DNA of 64,000 bases, taken from NCBI RefSeq assembly GCF_000738915.1, contig NW_026515637.1, positions 620,001-684,000 on the forward strand, in the 5' to 3' direction. The stretch comes from Nematocida ausubeli (lineage: Eukaryota). Position numbers and translations under genes: made by a program. The first letter of the stretch is position 1, and every line of letters begins with the position of its first letter. Shown here in pieces: positions 32,378 to 43,644 of this stretch. The notes under the pieces were generated by a model. The model was not told the origin of the DNA. It was given only the letters and a program-made list of their open reading frames with translations, and did not search any database.

Positions 32378-32401
32378 TTTAATTTTTTTACTCCCCTGTA
32401 G

Positions 32402-33001
32402 ATGAAAAAAGTCAAGACTAATTATGGGTACACCCCAAAGAACGAAGACAAAGCAGTCAAGGCAGCCATAAAGGACGCAAAGATTAGCTTCAAGAACACT
32501 CACCAAACAGTCACCATTCTCCGAGGAATGTGGCTTGTGTCAGCCATAAAGTATTTAGAAGATGTTCTTGCCCATAAAAGATGCATTCCTATGAAGAGAT
32601 TTAACGGGGGTGTCCCAAGAGTCTCCCAAGCCAAGGAGTTTGGAGCCCTCCAGGGAAGATGGCCAGAGAAGAGTGTCATCCAGGCAAAGACCATGCTTAA
32701 GAACATGCAGAATATTGCAACAGAAAAGGGCCTGGATATTTCCAAGATGAAGATTATGCACGCACACGTCAATAGAGCCCCAATTATCCACAACAGAACA
32801 TACAGGGCACACGGAAGAGTCACTGCATGGAACAAGTCACCATGCCACATTCAGCTCATTGCAGAGGAGCAGCTTGGTGAAATCCCAGCAGAGACAGCTG
32901 TCAAGACAATTGCAGAGAAGAGAGCACAGAGGAAGTTCGTGACTCTGGCAGTGAAGGGATTCTTAAGAGGCCCACACAGAAAGCAGATGATGCGAGAGTA
33001 A
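32402..33001 (+). CDS. RPL17: 60S ribosomal protein L17 (uL22)
   Basis: SFKNTHQT, YLEDVLAHKRCIP, QGRWPEKS, RTYRAHGRVTAWNKSPCHIQLI. Confidence 0.97.
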   Translation: MKKVKTNYGYTPKNEDKAVKAAIKDAKISFKNTHQTVTILRGMWLVSAIKYLEDVLAHKRCIPMKRFNGGVPRVSQAKEFGALQGRWPEKSVIQAKTMLKNMQNIATEKGLDISKMKIMHAHVNRAPIIHNRTYRAHGRVTAWNKSPCHIQLIAEEQLGEIPAETAVKTIAEKRAQRKFVTLAVKGFLRGPHRKQMMRE

Positions 33002-33049
33002 ATCGCCTGGTAATAAAGTGCTTTATAACTGAATGTTATTTTTTTATTC

Positions 33050-33301
33050 ATGAAGGACGTGCGCATTCAAGTGAAGGCCATTCGGGCATCATACAACTGG
33101 AAGTGGAAAGTGGCAGAAGGAATATGCGGGATATGCCAGCAGCCCTTTGAGCAAATGTGCTCTGACTGCGAGCACCCAATTGAATGCATGCCTGCCTCCG
33201 GGGACTGCAACCACTGCTACCACATGCATTGCATAAAAAATTGGATAGCCACAAATAGTCTGTGCCCTATATGCCGTGCCAAGTGGAAGGTGAAAGAATA
33301 G
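33050..33301 (+). CDS. APC11: APC/C RING-H2 subunit Apc11 (Rbx1/Apc11 family)
   Basis: CGICQQPF..CSDC..C...GDCNHCYHMHCIKNW...CPICRAKWKVKE. Confidence 0.85.
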   Translation: MKDVRIQVKAIRASYNWKWKVAEGICGICQQPFEQMCSDCEHPIECMPASGDCNHCYHMHCIKNWIATNSLCPICRAKWKVKE

Positions 33302-34013
33302 TCTGTGCTGCAATGCATACTACTGGGCGCTGCAGTGTATTACTGCAATTTATGCTGTGCTTTAGTCTATGGCAGTGCGATGTATTATATGTCTAGTCTG
33401 TTCTGCAATGTGTTTCACACTCCTAAAGTGGCTTGATCTATACGCTGTGATATATTTTTACTATACACGCCCAGCAATGCACATTACTATTCGGGTTATA
33501 TCGTTTGGGTTATTCACATGCGCTGTGAAATATTCATAAAGCGAACATGCTATTTTATGCATGTTTTAATTGTGTCTTAGTTTATATATAAGTGAATAAT
33601 TAAATATTAGTGAGTTATAGGAAAAAGCATGGAGTATTTTATTCTATGGTTGAAATGCGTTATAAATTAGATCGATTTGCTATACACTGTTAATAACTGA
33701 TAAGAATCTGTTAGTTTCAAGTATATCCTGAATATAAATACTTACACCATATATAAATCAATTAAAACATATAAACCCGCTGTAACCGTGAATGCATTCA
33801 TTTACAATGATGCCTTTAGGCTATAAACATATAAATAACTGCTATAAACCATTAATAGCAAGAAAAATCTAAAATAGTCAGCAATAGACCCACCAAATCC
33901 AATCCATTGTAAACACGCATACAGCTACATATATCTCGGCCACAGTGTGTATACGCAATTAAAAAACCCACAGCACCTGCCATAAATCTGTTATAATTCA
34001 TAAGAAATCTGAA

Positions 34014-35048
34014 CTACACGGGCATCCCAAGTACATAATTAAAGTCATTTTCATTCACAATGTATAGACCAATTAAGGCATAAGCCGTGTGGTAAACATC
34101 TGCATGTGATTCAGGAATGTTCTTTACACCCCCATTCTCGTCCTGGCAATTGCAGAATGTATATTCAGCTAGCCCAGAATTGGAAATAATTCCCAAACCA
34201 AGCATCCTGTATGATGCGCCTACCCAGAAATTATAGCAAGAATCTGATGTCTTATTCGTGCGCCCAGTAAATCCCTTGTTAATTTCATCCTGCCTCTGTA
34301 GCAGCCAATTTCGCAATAGGCTATCCTCAGATACATCCACCCCAAGTATTTTTAATGCTGCAATCACGCAATAAGAGTATCCTGCATGCGCCTCTTCCCC
34401 AGGGGCCGCAGCAAACCCGCCTTCGTATGTTTGGAGGCTTTTCAATATCTCAACTGTGTCACCAAATAGCTCTTTTCCCTCTGGTGTTGAAAGCGGATTG
34501 AACTGTGAATCTTCCGAGATTGTGTCTGAATGCAAGATGGAGTATGTTGCAACTGCACAATAAATTGACCTGGGGTCTATTTCGCCATCTGAATACATTG
34601 TAAATCCATTTTTCACTTTCATTTCTGTTATAAACTTGATTATTCCATCTCTATCAAGCATATGGTCTTTTTTCATTACCTTCAAGAAGACTAGTCCTGC
34701 GTACGTGCATCCTAAGTTAGGGAGTTGGCTGCGATCCGGAGATATTCCTGAATTGCTCTGTTGTAGCCCCACTATCTGCAAGGCAATGTCATGCAACTTT
34801 GACAGTTTATGGTTTAATGATGCATAGAACTCTTCTCTACCCAGTATAACATAAAGGGCATTTGCAATCCAGGAAGACACCCATGGAACTAACGAAGTAT
34901 ATCCTATGTTTAAGGGTTTATTCATTTGTTTAATCAAATATTCTATGTGTGCATCCTTATCCAGTACAGATACTCTTTTTTTTAACGTAGAATTCAAGTG
35001 AATCGCATCTACTGAGGATTTAGTTGAAAGTCCTTCATCATCGTACAT
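34014..35048 (-). CDS. RAM1: Protein farnesyltransferase (prenyltransferase) beta subunit
   Basis: DGEIDPRSIYCA, QTYEGGF...EAHAGYSYC, GFTGRTNKTSDSCYNFWVG, DVYHTAYALIGL; start placed at MYDDEG. Confidence 0.88.
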   Translation of the reverse strand: MYDDEGLSTKSSVDAIHLNSTLKKRVSVLDKDAHIEYLIKQMNKPLNIGYTSLVPWVSSWIANALYVILGREEFYASLNHKLSKLHDIALQIVGLQQSNSGISPDRSQLPNLGCTYAGLVFLKVMKKDHMLDRDGIIKFITEMKVKNGFTMYSDGEIDPRSIYCAVATYSILHSDTISEDSQFNPLSTPEGKELFGDTVEILKSLQTYEGGFAAAPGEEAHAGYSYCVIAALKILGVDVSEDSLLRNWLLQRQDEINKGFTGRTNKTSDSCYNFWVGASYRMLGLGIISNSGLAEYTFCNCQDENGGVKNIPESHADVYHTAYALIGLYIVNENDFNYVLGMPV

Positions 35049-35274
35049 GGAAAATAAAATATGCAAATATTTAAATAAGCACTGCATAAGGAGCTGCCTG
35101 GTTAGTTTTTTAAAGAAGACTAAGTTTTTTACATTTTGAAAGCTAATTTATTCTTATAGATGATAAACCATAATAACCGAACATTTGATAACAAAAACCA
35201 TTCAAAATAAGGAGATGCCTATAGAACAACCCACTAAATACAGAAATAGTAGTTTTAGAATAACTAATTTTCGT

Positions 35275-35405
35275 TTAAAAATTTAAACTAGCATAGTTCT
35301 TTCTTTCTAATTTATTTATTTCTTGTCTTCTACATACAGGCCGCAGAAATTATTATGCATGTCCAGAAAAATATTCCATAATCACTGCTAATAGTTGTAA
35401 TAAAT
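35275..35405 (-). repeat. Dispersed non-coding module, inverted copy of 19645-19775
   Basis: Reverse-complement block match; lies upstream of the 1099 aa gene. Confidence 0.8.
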
Positions 35406-35576
35406 GACTAAATCCATTTACATTGCAAAAAACAAAGAGAGTTCTATACTACTAGGGCAGAGAAAGTCAATAAAAAACATTTATATTGCAGACTCAGGAA
35501 AAGGCTTTCATGCTATTAATAAAAAGAGACATAGAAATATTTAAAAATATAAAGACTTTAATTTTTAGATAAGCCT

Positions 35577-38500
35577 ATGAAATTAGATATAGTATTTTGG
35601 AGTAAAAGAAGGCCGGCTAAGAAATTAAGTGCAGAAGGCACAAGAAAGAGAAGTGGAAGAGAGAATAAAATGGGTCCTGCTGTATATCTTCTGATTCAGA
35701 TACTCATACTATGTGAAGTATGGGGCAGAATACCACTAAATGAGCTAATAAGCATTCAGAAGAAGACATTTACTTTTATTGATGAAGAAAAAGAAAATGC
35801 ACTAGTAATCAGCCCAGATAGTGCACTAAATCTATTACGGGATGAAATAGCAGATAATATTTGGGTTATTCACAACAAGAGATTTCTGTCGTCTGAGATA
35901 CAGATAGAATACTATATAAAAGTTGAGCCGTCTGAGTATAACGATCCCATCTACACGCACACACGAGACCATAGCTTGGACAGAGTGCATCTCATTCTTC
36001 CGTATGAAGGCGACTTGCTTAAGTACAAGCGAGGATATTTTAACACGCTTCTTGAGCTGTTTCCTTCTCTACACGGATATGTGTCCACATGGTCAGGCAG
36101 AAGAGACTCTTTTTTTTCTTTTATTAACAGTAATCATGTAGAGAATTACAAATATAAAATACTTGCTTCGTTGCTACTGCTTACTGAGGGAGTAAATGTG
36201 CCACTAGAGATTGATGAAAGTGAGAATAGAACAGAGCTGGTTCTAAGGCAGGCAGGCGGAGAAGGAGAGCACTTCAGACTCAATATGAATGTAGTGGTTA
36301 AAACTGGCAAAAATGCAGAGTATCTAGATGTATTTGAAAGGGTGTTCCAGAAAAGGGCAATCGGTGTGATAAACTTCTTTATAGAGAATAGAGAAAAAAG
36401 AGTTTTTAAAGAAGAGGAAAGCTGTTCAGAACAAGCCTTATATGGAAATTTTAAGAAAAGCGAGTTTGTAAATAGCCCAGACTTTCTTATAGAGACGTAT
36501 ATATACCACTGCATGGAGCGAGCAGAAGAAATGGATCTATTTATTCAAACCGTGCTTGATCTGTTAAGTGAGTATATAAAGCAAGAAGAAATAGGTTCTG
36601 AAAAAGGGCTAATCGAGCGATGTGCAACCTGTCTGCTAACATGTATAAGATATAAAGAAGCCAATCTAGAGGACAATCAGGGAAAGCAGGCATTAATTAT
36701 GCAAGCGAAGGGTGTGCTTTACAAGTATTTTGCATTAGAAAAGAAAAATCCAAATAATTCGGATTGCATAGCCCGAGCTCAGACAAAAGTGCCTTTTTAC
36801 AATGATTGTAAAAAACAGTGGGTGAATCTTTTATATTTAAAGCCTAATGCAGATGTTTTTCCTGTTCAAAAGAAGATGGACAGTCTAATGTCTAATTGTT
36901 TAGGGGCTTTAGGTCTATGCCTGCCTGCAAGAACCGCCTTGGTTGTTGGAGATGAGTTGAAGTATATAGAGAGCTTTACTGACTATGGAGAGACAGCGCT
37001 GCTAGGCCTATTTTGCTGGGCTTTTTATGACTCTGAGAGGAAAATGTATATAGTTGACCACATGGAGTCTGCCTCCGAAGAGCTGAAAAGCTTTTTCAGA
37101 AAGCACAGGCACATGTATGGGATAGTGTCAAAAAGAGTGCACAATGAGTGGAACAAGGTAGTGGGTGGCTTATATAACCCGAATATACAGTATATACGAG
37201 ATGACAGAAACCAACTTATGCCAGGCTTGATAAACATGCTATATGTTATTAAAGAGATAACCGGGGTGGGTGAGACAGAGAAAATAGATAAGTTTAAAAA
37301 GTGTTTGGATTTAATAGATAATGAGAAGAGTATTGGCGAAGTCAGAATGCTTTATTGGGAATACCTAAATAATATCAACGATTCTACCAAAAAAATAGAT
37401 GTTCTAGAAGAAGAGATCAGAGGGATGATTGATGTAAAAAAACTAGACCGAAACAAGACACTTAAAGATATACTAGAACCTGTAGAGAATAAACCAGCGT
37501 CTAGTATAAAAATAAACAAATCAATGGATGAAGAGAAAGAAAAAAAGATGGATATTAATTTATTATATGAAATCTATAGCATTCAGAACCAAAATCTAAA
37601 AAATGAACTAAAAGAAAACATAAACAGATATCTGACTGCCTTAGTTAAGAAAATTGCACTAAATGAACGCTTTTCTGTTGATTTGTTGACCGGGTATAAG
37701 CAGAATCTTAAAGAAGGATTGAGTGACATGTTTGGGTTTCTAAAATTATTTTATATACCGTATAATGAAAAGAGCAAGAATATACGTTTTTCCCACTGCT
37801 ATTGCTATGAATTTGATGTTTTTCCCGATCATGTTGATAAAACACTAAAAGTGAAATGGAAATATGAATTTAAGTTTTATAGCAGATACAGTATGGCAAA
37901 CAAGCCAAACTCATATACTATAACGATACTGAACTCCTATATAACCCGAAGCATGGTAATCGATAAACTTAAGATTGAGAACATAAGACACTCTAACTCA
38001 AACGAACAAACACGGCCTGTATTTTGTCATGAAAGCTGGCGCAGAAATATAGATGCCCTTCTGCTTGACCCCCGAATGCATAACACGCAAGACAAAAGAA
38101 GAATTCTGTGGGTGATGACTATATGCGCAATGGATTTAAATCTTGACAGCAGCCATCCTCTTGTGCGCCTGGCTAATAATATCATGGGAAGTATTCCCTC
38201 CATGGACAAAAATGATAATGATCCAATTTTTATGTTTCTTGGTCTCACCACAGCAGGTGAATACTACCCGAGTATAACCGTAGATATAAATGCATACGAA
38301 AAGCCAAATCGCTTTACATTCATATTAGAAAAAGTGTTAGGATTGGAAGAAAGTACAAAAATTGTATCGCAACTGACATATGCCAACATACTAACTAGCA
38401 TAATAATTAACTTTCGAAGAGCATGCTGGAGTAGTATCTACTATTTGGATTTGGAATTGTTTGCTAGAAGATTGAGTTCTAGAACCCAAAGATTTTTCTT

Positions 38501-38876
38501 TATTAATATTTTGACACTAAATGGGACCACTATGAGGTACATTACTAGAATTATCCAAGCTATGCAGGGAGAAGAAAGAGTACATCCAGTTGTTGAATAT
38601 GAGGGGCATAGTACTCAGTTTCTGTTGTGGATTATTTGGCTGGCAAACAACTATAAATATGATAACTGGTGTACTATAGTAAAAAGCTGCTATGAGTTAA
38701 TTGACACAACAGAACAAAAAGAAATCAATTTTCCAATTTATTGTCTTAAATGGGGGCGCGATATAAATTTGCCAATCCTGCTTAAAGAGATAAAACACAT
38801 TGTGTGTGATGAAAACAGTGAGAAGAGTGTAGAGAGATTTGAGTTAATATGCGGATTAATTGAATATGTGTTGTAA
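35577..38876 (+). CDS. Large secreted family protein (NemLGF1-like), 1099 aa; closest paralogue of 22476..25904
   Basis: Same leader (MKL.I..WSKR.P.KKLSA) and long identical blocks such as ESASEELKSFFRKHRHM and INMLYVIKEITGVGETEKIDKF. Confidence 0.92.
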   Translation: MKLDIVFWSKRRPAKKLSAEGTRKRSGRENKMGPAVYLLIQILILCEVWGRIPLNELISIQKKTFTFIDEEKENALVISPDSALNLLRDEIADNIWVIHNKRFLSSEIQIEYYIKVEPSEYNDPIYTHTRDHSLDRVHLILPYEGDLLKYKRGYFNTLLELFPSLHGYVSTWSGRRDSFFSFINSNHVENYKYKILASLLLLTEGVNVPLEIDESENRTELVLRQAGGEGEHFRLNMNVVVKTGKNAEYLDVFERVFQKRAIGVINFFIENREKRVFKEEESCSEQALYGNFKKSEFVNSPDFLIETYIYHCMERAEEMDLFIQTVLDLLSEYIKQEEIGSEKGLIERCATCLLTCIRYKEANLEDNQGKQALIMQAKGVLYKYFALEKKNPNNSDCIARAQTKVPFYNDCKKQWVNLLYLKPNADVFPVQKKMDSLMSNCLGALGLCLPARTALVVGDELKYIESFTDYGETALLGLFCWAFYDSERKMYIVDHMESASEELKSFFRKHRHMYGIVSKRVHNEWNKVVGGLYNPNIQYIRDDRNQLMPGLINMLYVIKEITGVGETEKIDKFKKCLDLIDNEKSIGEVRMLYWEYLNNINDSTKKIDVLEEEIRGMIDVKKLDRNKTLKDILEPVENKPASSIKINKSMDEEKEKKMDINLLYEIYSIQNQNLKNELKENINRYLTALVKKIALNERFSVDLLTGYKQNLKEGLSDMFGFLKLFYIPYNEKSKNIRFSHCYCYEFDVFPDHVDKTLKVKWKYEFKFYSRYSMANKPNSYTITILNSYITRSMVIDKLKIENIRHSNSNEQTRPVFCHESWRRNIDALLLDPRMHNTQDKRRILWVMTICAMDLNLDSSHPLVRLANNIMGSIPSMDKNDNDPIFMFLGLTTAGEYYPSITVDINAYEKPNRFTFILEKVLGLEESTKIVSQLTYANILTSIIINFRRACWSSIYYLDLELFARRLSSRTQRFFFINILTLNGTTMRYITRIIQAMQGEERVHPVVEYEGHSTQFLLWIIWLANNYKYDNWCTIVKSCYELIDTTEQKEINFPIYCLKWGRDINLPILLKEIKHIVCDENSEKSVERFELICGLIEYVL

Positions 38877-39393
38877 TAGTTTCTAGTAATCAAGCCTTAG
38901 CAAAAACACTTAAAATTCAAAGATTAATATTCTTGCAGATGTGCTCACAGAGATAAAATATCTTTACATATATTAACTAGCAGAATACTAAAGAGAAATG
39001 GCTAGAACTGTGTTATAGTGGACCAATCTAAAACTATCACATCTTCTGCTACCTTTCCTTGAGGACATGAAATTCTTTCCACCTTTGCAATAAAAGCAAC
39101 AATTGGATATTCCCCCTTCGGGTTTAATCTGCAGGCCTGCACGCCACAAGGCTTTCTGCTTGTTTTATTAGGAAAAAAATTAGTTGATTGGATAAATGGA
39201 ATATGTTGTTATTTTCTATTGGTTGTCAAATAAGATCTACTCTTATGGTACTGCTTTAATTTATCTCTCTTGGAGGTCTATAAATAAATGGCAATAAATA
39301 AACTTCATGCCGAATAAAAAAAGTCCAATGTTTCAGAAAATGCCCTGCTTTGCTGACTCTTCACTGAACTATATGCATAGAACAAGTATTAAA

Positions 39394-39645
39394 ATTGACT
39401 TGTCAAAAGAGAGTGAAGTTTTGGCCAATAGATAATGGTTCTGTTCGTAGAACTATACATATACCTAAATACACTGTGGATTGTAGTGTTTTTACTTCCT
39501 TTATTCTTCATTTTGGGGCATCTAATACTTTGCTAATTATTTTCTTGCACTTATGTAGAATTTCTTTCACTTGTAGCTTTTTCCGAATTATTTTCTTTTT
39601 ATTAGAAGACTTGTAGCTTCGGATAAAGAAGCGCAGATTTTATTA
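39394..39645 (+). repeat. Dispersed non-coding module, direct copy of 19430-19650
   Basis: Block match; lies immediately upstream of the 443 aa gene. Confidence 0.8.
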
Positions 39646-39708
39646 TAAAAATAAGGATCTAAATGATTTTTCTAAAGATAATATAGTCACAAAGAATTTG
39701 CATAAAAA

Positions 39709-41040
39709 ATGAATAAAGCAAATAGCTATGGAGTGAAATGTATTCTCTTAACCATTATGTGTATAATGTGTTTAACTGAAATTAAGCTCTATATACAGGC
39801 AGCAAAATTGCCTGTATTAAATGAGCTGCAGGAGGATACAGTAGAGTGCACAGAAGGGGATGAAAAAAACACAGTGTTTGATAGTATGAAGACAAAAGAA
39901 GCAGCAGTAGATAGTTTAAGAACGGCTGAAATGCCTAAGACAGATAATACAGCTATAAACTCAGAAAGTGTGGAAGTATGCCAGGAAAAAAATACATTAG
40001 AATCTAAGAGTATAGGGGAGGATCTAGTAAAGGAAAAAAGTGTCTCTGCGCTAGATTCAAATGTGCAAGAAAGAAAGAGCGATGTTCACACAATGGAAAA
40101 CACTATAAGTATACCAAATGCAGAGTTGAGTGATATCCTACATGTAGATAGTGCCTCTATGTTGCAAACTGCTCCTGTAACGGATAGACATAAGAGTTCT
40201 TCTTTTGCATTAGAAGAAGCCAAAGAGCTAGTACATTCAGACCCAGAAGTAGGTACAGCTAAGAAAGTGTATCAGAATATGTCAGAGCTACTTGAAGATA
40301 TGGATAACGCAGCCAAGTTAGCCTACAATATCTTTCTAGAAGATAAAAATAAGCTTCGGAATATTAAAAAAGAGTATAAAGATACTTTGTCTGTAGCTGA
40401 TTCATATATAATTGAAGGAAAGCTTCTAGACAATATAATTTATGATTACTATAATCATAATAACACGAAAGAGATTAAGATAAACAGCGAGGAAGACAAA
40501 GATTTCGATATATACATAGAAAACGTTAATTACCTGTCTTCAGAGATACAAAAACTAGAGGAAATACAAAAAAAAGAAAAAAATATATACTCAAAAGATC
40601 TTGTTTTCATGGAGAAACTAAAGGAATCAAAGGAAGAAAGAGATAGCTCAAGAGATGACTTCCTTTCATATTATTCACATTTAATAGGGATAGAGAAACA
40701 GCTACTTTCTGTTATAGGGTACACTTCAAAAATTTATAGAAATATATATGACAAGGAGAAATATCTATGTCTAATTAGAGGCAAAGAAATAGAGTATTTA
40801 AAAAATAACGCAGAAGAGAAAGAAAGAGAGTCTGAAGAGAAAATAAAGCAGATAGAAGAGCTAATAGAGTTATATAAAAAGTACATGCTGTGGGTAAACA
40901 AGATGACTAATATGCTAGATGTTATGCATAGCATCCAGGATGATGTTCTATCTCAGACAACTAAAGTATATAATGCCTATAAAGAATACGATGAAGAAAA
41001 AGGTATGTTGGAAAGAAAGAAAATAGCTGAAGGCATATAA
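39709..41040 (+). CDS. Secreted or signal-anchored coiled-coil family protein, paralogue 2
   Basis: CLTEIKLY N-terminal motif; C-terminal YYSHLIGIEKQL...KEIEYLK aligns with YYSEIVRSEKRL...KEAAHFK. Confidence 0.85.
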   Translation: MNKANSYGVKCILLTIMCIMCLTEIKLYIQAAKLPVLNELQEDTVECTEGDEKNTVFDSMKTKEAAVDSLRTAEMPKTDNTAINSESVEVCQEKNTLESKSIGEDLVKEKSVSALDSNVQERKSDVHTMENTISIPNAELSDILHVDSASMLQTAPVTDRHKSSSFALEEAKELVHSDPEVGTAKKVYQNMSELLEDMDNAAKLAYNIFLEDKNKLRNIKKEYKDTLSVADSYIIEGKLLDNIIYDYYNHNNTKEIKINSEEDKDFDIYIENVNYLSSEIQKLEEIQKKEKNIYSKDLVFMEKLKESKEERDSSRDDFLSYYSHLIGIEKQLLSVIGYTSKIYRNIYDKEKYLCLIRGKEIEYLKNNAEEKERESEEKIKQIEELIELYKKYMLWVNKMTNMLDVMHSIQDDVLSQTTKVYNAYKEYDEEKGMLERKKIAEGI

Positions 41041-41275
41041 CTGAAAGAGTATTGTATAGTGTAGAAGTAAGTAGGTCGAATTAGCAGAAAAAGTTGTTTT
41101 CAGAGCCAGTAGAGCATTAAGCGATGCAAAAGGCCTGCCTCCGGACCATATGCCCATTAATTTCTCAGTATATAATCTGAATAACTTGAATGTGAAAGAA
41201 GTGTCTCTATGTATTTCTATGGCACAGGATGCATACTCGTGTTCTTTGGATAGAAGAAAGTTCTTTTCTTGCTTT

Positions 41276-41443
41276 AATAAATGCCTATTTTGCTCTTTAT
41301 TTGTCTGCGCCGTGTTCCTCTCTGTATTTCGCTTTTGTTTCTCTCTTCGTGCCTGGCCGATGATGGTTCTCTAGTTTGTACAACTTATTTCTATTTTCTT
41401 GTTCTTCTGCTGTTTTATTTCTCTCCAGGTATTCTAGCAATAA
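41276..41443 (-). repeat. 168-bp conserved element, copy B
   Basis: Reverse complement of 20000-20167, 160/168 identical. Confidence 0.95.
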
Positions 41444-41969
41444 ATTGCTCTAGTATGATGTATGTATACTTTATTTTCCAATATATAAGAGAATAAAAAT
41501 ATAAGAGGTGCAATGGAAAGAGAGGAAAAGAACTAAGTGAATATATGCAAAGAAATGAAGGATATGCAGATAAAAGAAGAGTATAGGTGCATTAATCAGC
41601 ACAATATTGGCTACGACCAGTAGAAGGCCTCTTTGGCCAAAACACTTAAAATACCCCAAATATGCATGTATACAGTGATAAGTCACTATGAATTATCATA
41701 AGAAATTTTGTAGTTGTTTATTACAAGACTAGTCTAATAGAAAGAAAAGAAAGCAAGCGTGGTAATTTTCCCACTTCTCAAACTCAAGGCCACAGGATCG
41801 CGGATATGACTCAAATATAATCCTGAGAAAACAATAAATCCAAAAGAGCACTATCTAATTATATGAGAATATTAAAAAAATGGCATATACCAATTACCAA
41901 GAACAAATTAAGTATAGAGGGCATATCTTACAACACACCCAGTCACTTGCAACAATATACAAATAGCTG

Positions 41970-42267
41970 GTTTTTCCTTCTCAAAATGTTAGAATTTGTT
42001 GTACTGACCCAAAAAATTTATTTCGCATCCTCTACTTATAGACTTCTTTCCAGGAGATATTCCATGGAGACGATTAATTATTTGCTGGTGAGTGAATAAA
42101 GAGTCCTAGAGTCTAAACCAGCCTAGCTGGCGTGTAAACAAGTAGAGCCCATCTTTGTAGCGTGTTATCTTCCAATCAAAAGCCCCGAAAGGAAATGACC
42201 AACATTGAACCACATTGCTGACTCGGAGAGAGGTTTCATGCCCTCAAGGCAAGGAAAACTAACAAGC
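41970..42267 (-). repeat. About 310-bp non-coding element, copy 2 (inverted)
   Basis: GGCGTGTAAACAAG..TTGTAGCGTGTTATCTT.CAATCAAAA..CAAGGCAAGGAAAACTAACAAG is the reverse complement of blocks at 26105-26245. Confidence 0.8.
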
Positions 42268-42411
42268 TCTTTAAAATTCTTCTATTTTAATTTTTGCCAC
42301 ACACGCAAATTCCATACTAGCAGCTAAATAATTACTTCTATTATAAAAATGCAGAATAGAAAGAAATCTAAGTGATGCGCAAGATATATTAGAAAAAAAA
42401 TATATAAAGGC

Positions 42412-43644
42412 ATGGATTTCTCACAGATAAGAAGGAAGGATTTTATAATAAAAGATGTAGTGTTAAGCATGCGCGTGGTAGGGATGGTTTTATTCTGGCT
42501 GTCTGTATGCATAGCCACAGCGTCCAATCCAAACAAGTCACATGCAGACCCATTAAGCATAGCAGATGAGAAGGAATTTTCTTTCGCACACCCAAAAACT
42601 AGTGCAATACGTGGTGCCAGGGAAACTAAGGATATAAAAGAAGGCGAGGACGCACTGAAGAACGCAATTGCATGCCTGCAAGATCAGAAATTCGAGAATG
42701 AACTAGACCCAGAAAGGACTCCCATGCTTGTCCAAGACAAACAAAAAAACACCTCTATTGTAGGAGAAGAAAGCCCACACAGTTATAAAAATGCAGAAGA
42801 CCAGAAAGTATATATGGATGAAAAGACGTATAAAAATGAGATGCAAATTCTAAAAAAAATGACTGACTATGCAAATCTACAGTATGATAAGTTTATGATA
42901 AATAAAAAAAATGTTCAGGATTTGGTAAAGAGGTATGAAAAACATAATAGTATGTACAAACATGCCTTTAAAAAAATAGAGTCTATAGGCAACAAAATCA
43001 AGAAATCTGATAACTTTTTTCCTGTTAAAATACCAAGCAGAAAAGAGATGGAGCACTTAAGTATAGAGAATGAAATTAGTATGCTGAATACAAAGTCAAA
43101 TAAGCTAAAGGAAAAAGAAAGAGCTGAGGACGAAATATATACCAAAGCTTGTGATTCTACAAACGAGCTAGACAAGTATAAGTACAGGTTGGGAGAAGAC
43201 ACCATAAAATACTTTATGCAAATAGTAGACACCGAGGAAAAAATGAATGCAGTTATAAAATGCAATTTAGAGCTTGTTAACGTAATGCAAGCCAAAGATA
43301 AACTATTGCTCATACTGAGAGAGAAAGAGCTTAACTATTTGAAAGAGGATAAAAAAGACACACACTGTTTGGAAGCAATAATAGAATTGTATGAAAAGCG
43401 CCTGGGCTATATGGATGCTATGGCCAATGCACTAAATAACATGAATGATATCCAGGATATCATTGTACTTGGGTCACAGCATGTATATAACGAATATAAA
43501 GTATATTATGCAGCAAAAAAGCTCTGTGATCAACAAGAGGTAGATTTAGAAGTAGCAAAAAACAGGCTATCTGAACTAAGCGATGAGGAAACAGATACAA
43601 CTCCAAATACACCCAAACACGGGCGACTTGAGACTTCGGTTTAG
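42412..43644 (+). CDS. Secreted coiled-coil family protein, paralogue 3
   Basis: Signal-like VVGMVLFWLSVCIATA; YFMQIVDTEEKM...REKELNYLKEDK and IELYEKRLGY match paralogues 1 and 2. Confidence 0.8.
   Translation: MDFSQIRRKDFIIKDVVLSMRVVGMVLFWLSVCIATASNPNKSHADPLSIADEKEFSFAHPKTSAIRGARETKDIKEGEDALKNAIACLQDQKFENELDPERTPMLVQDKQKNTSIVGEESPHSYKNAEDQKVYMDEKTYKNEMQILKKMTDYANLQYDKFMINKKNVQDLVKRYEKHNSMYKHAFKKIESIGNKIKKSDNFFPVKIPSRKEMEHLSIENEISMLNTKSNKLKEKERAEDEIYTKACDSTNELDKYKYRLGEDTIKYFMQIVDTEEKMNAVIKCNLELVNVMQAKDKLLLILREKELNYLKEDKKDTHCLEAIIELYEKRLGYMDAMANALNNMNDIQDIIVLGSQHVYNEYKVYYAAKKLCDQQEVDLEVAKNRLSELSDEETDTTPNTPKHGRLETSV

Noticed and set aside
32378..32506. Overlap of the helicase ORF with RPL17
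   Set aside because: The extension is antisense RPL17 sequence; helicase homology begins after the ATG at 32377.
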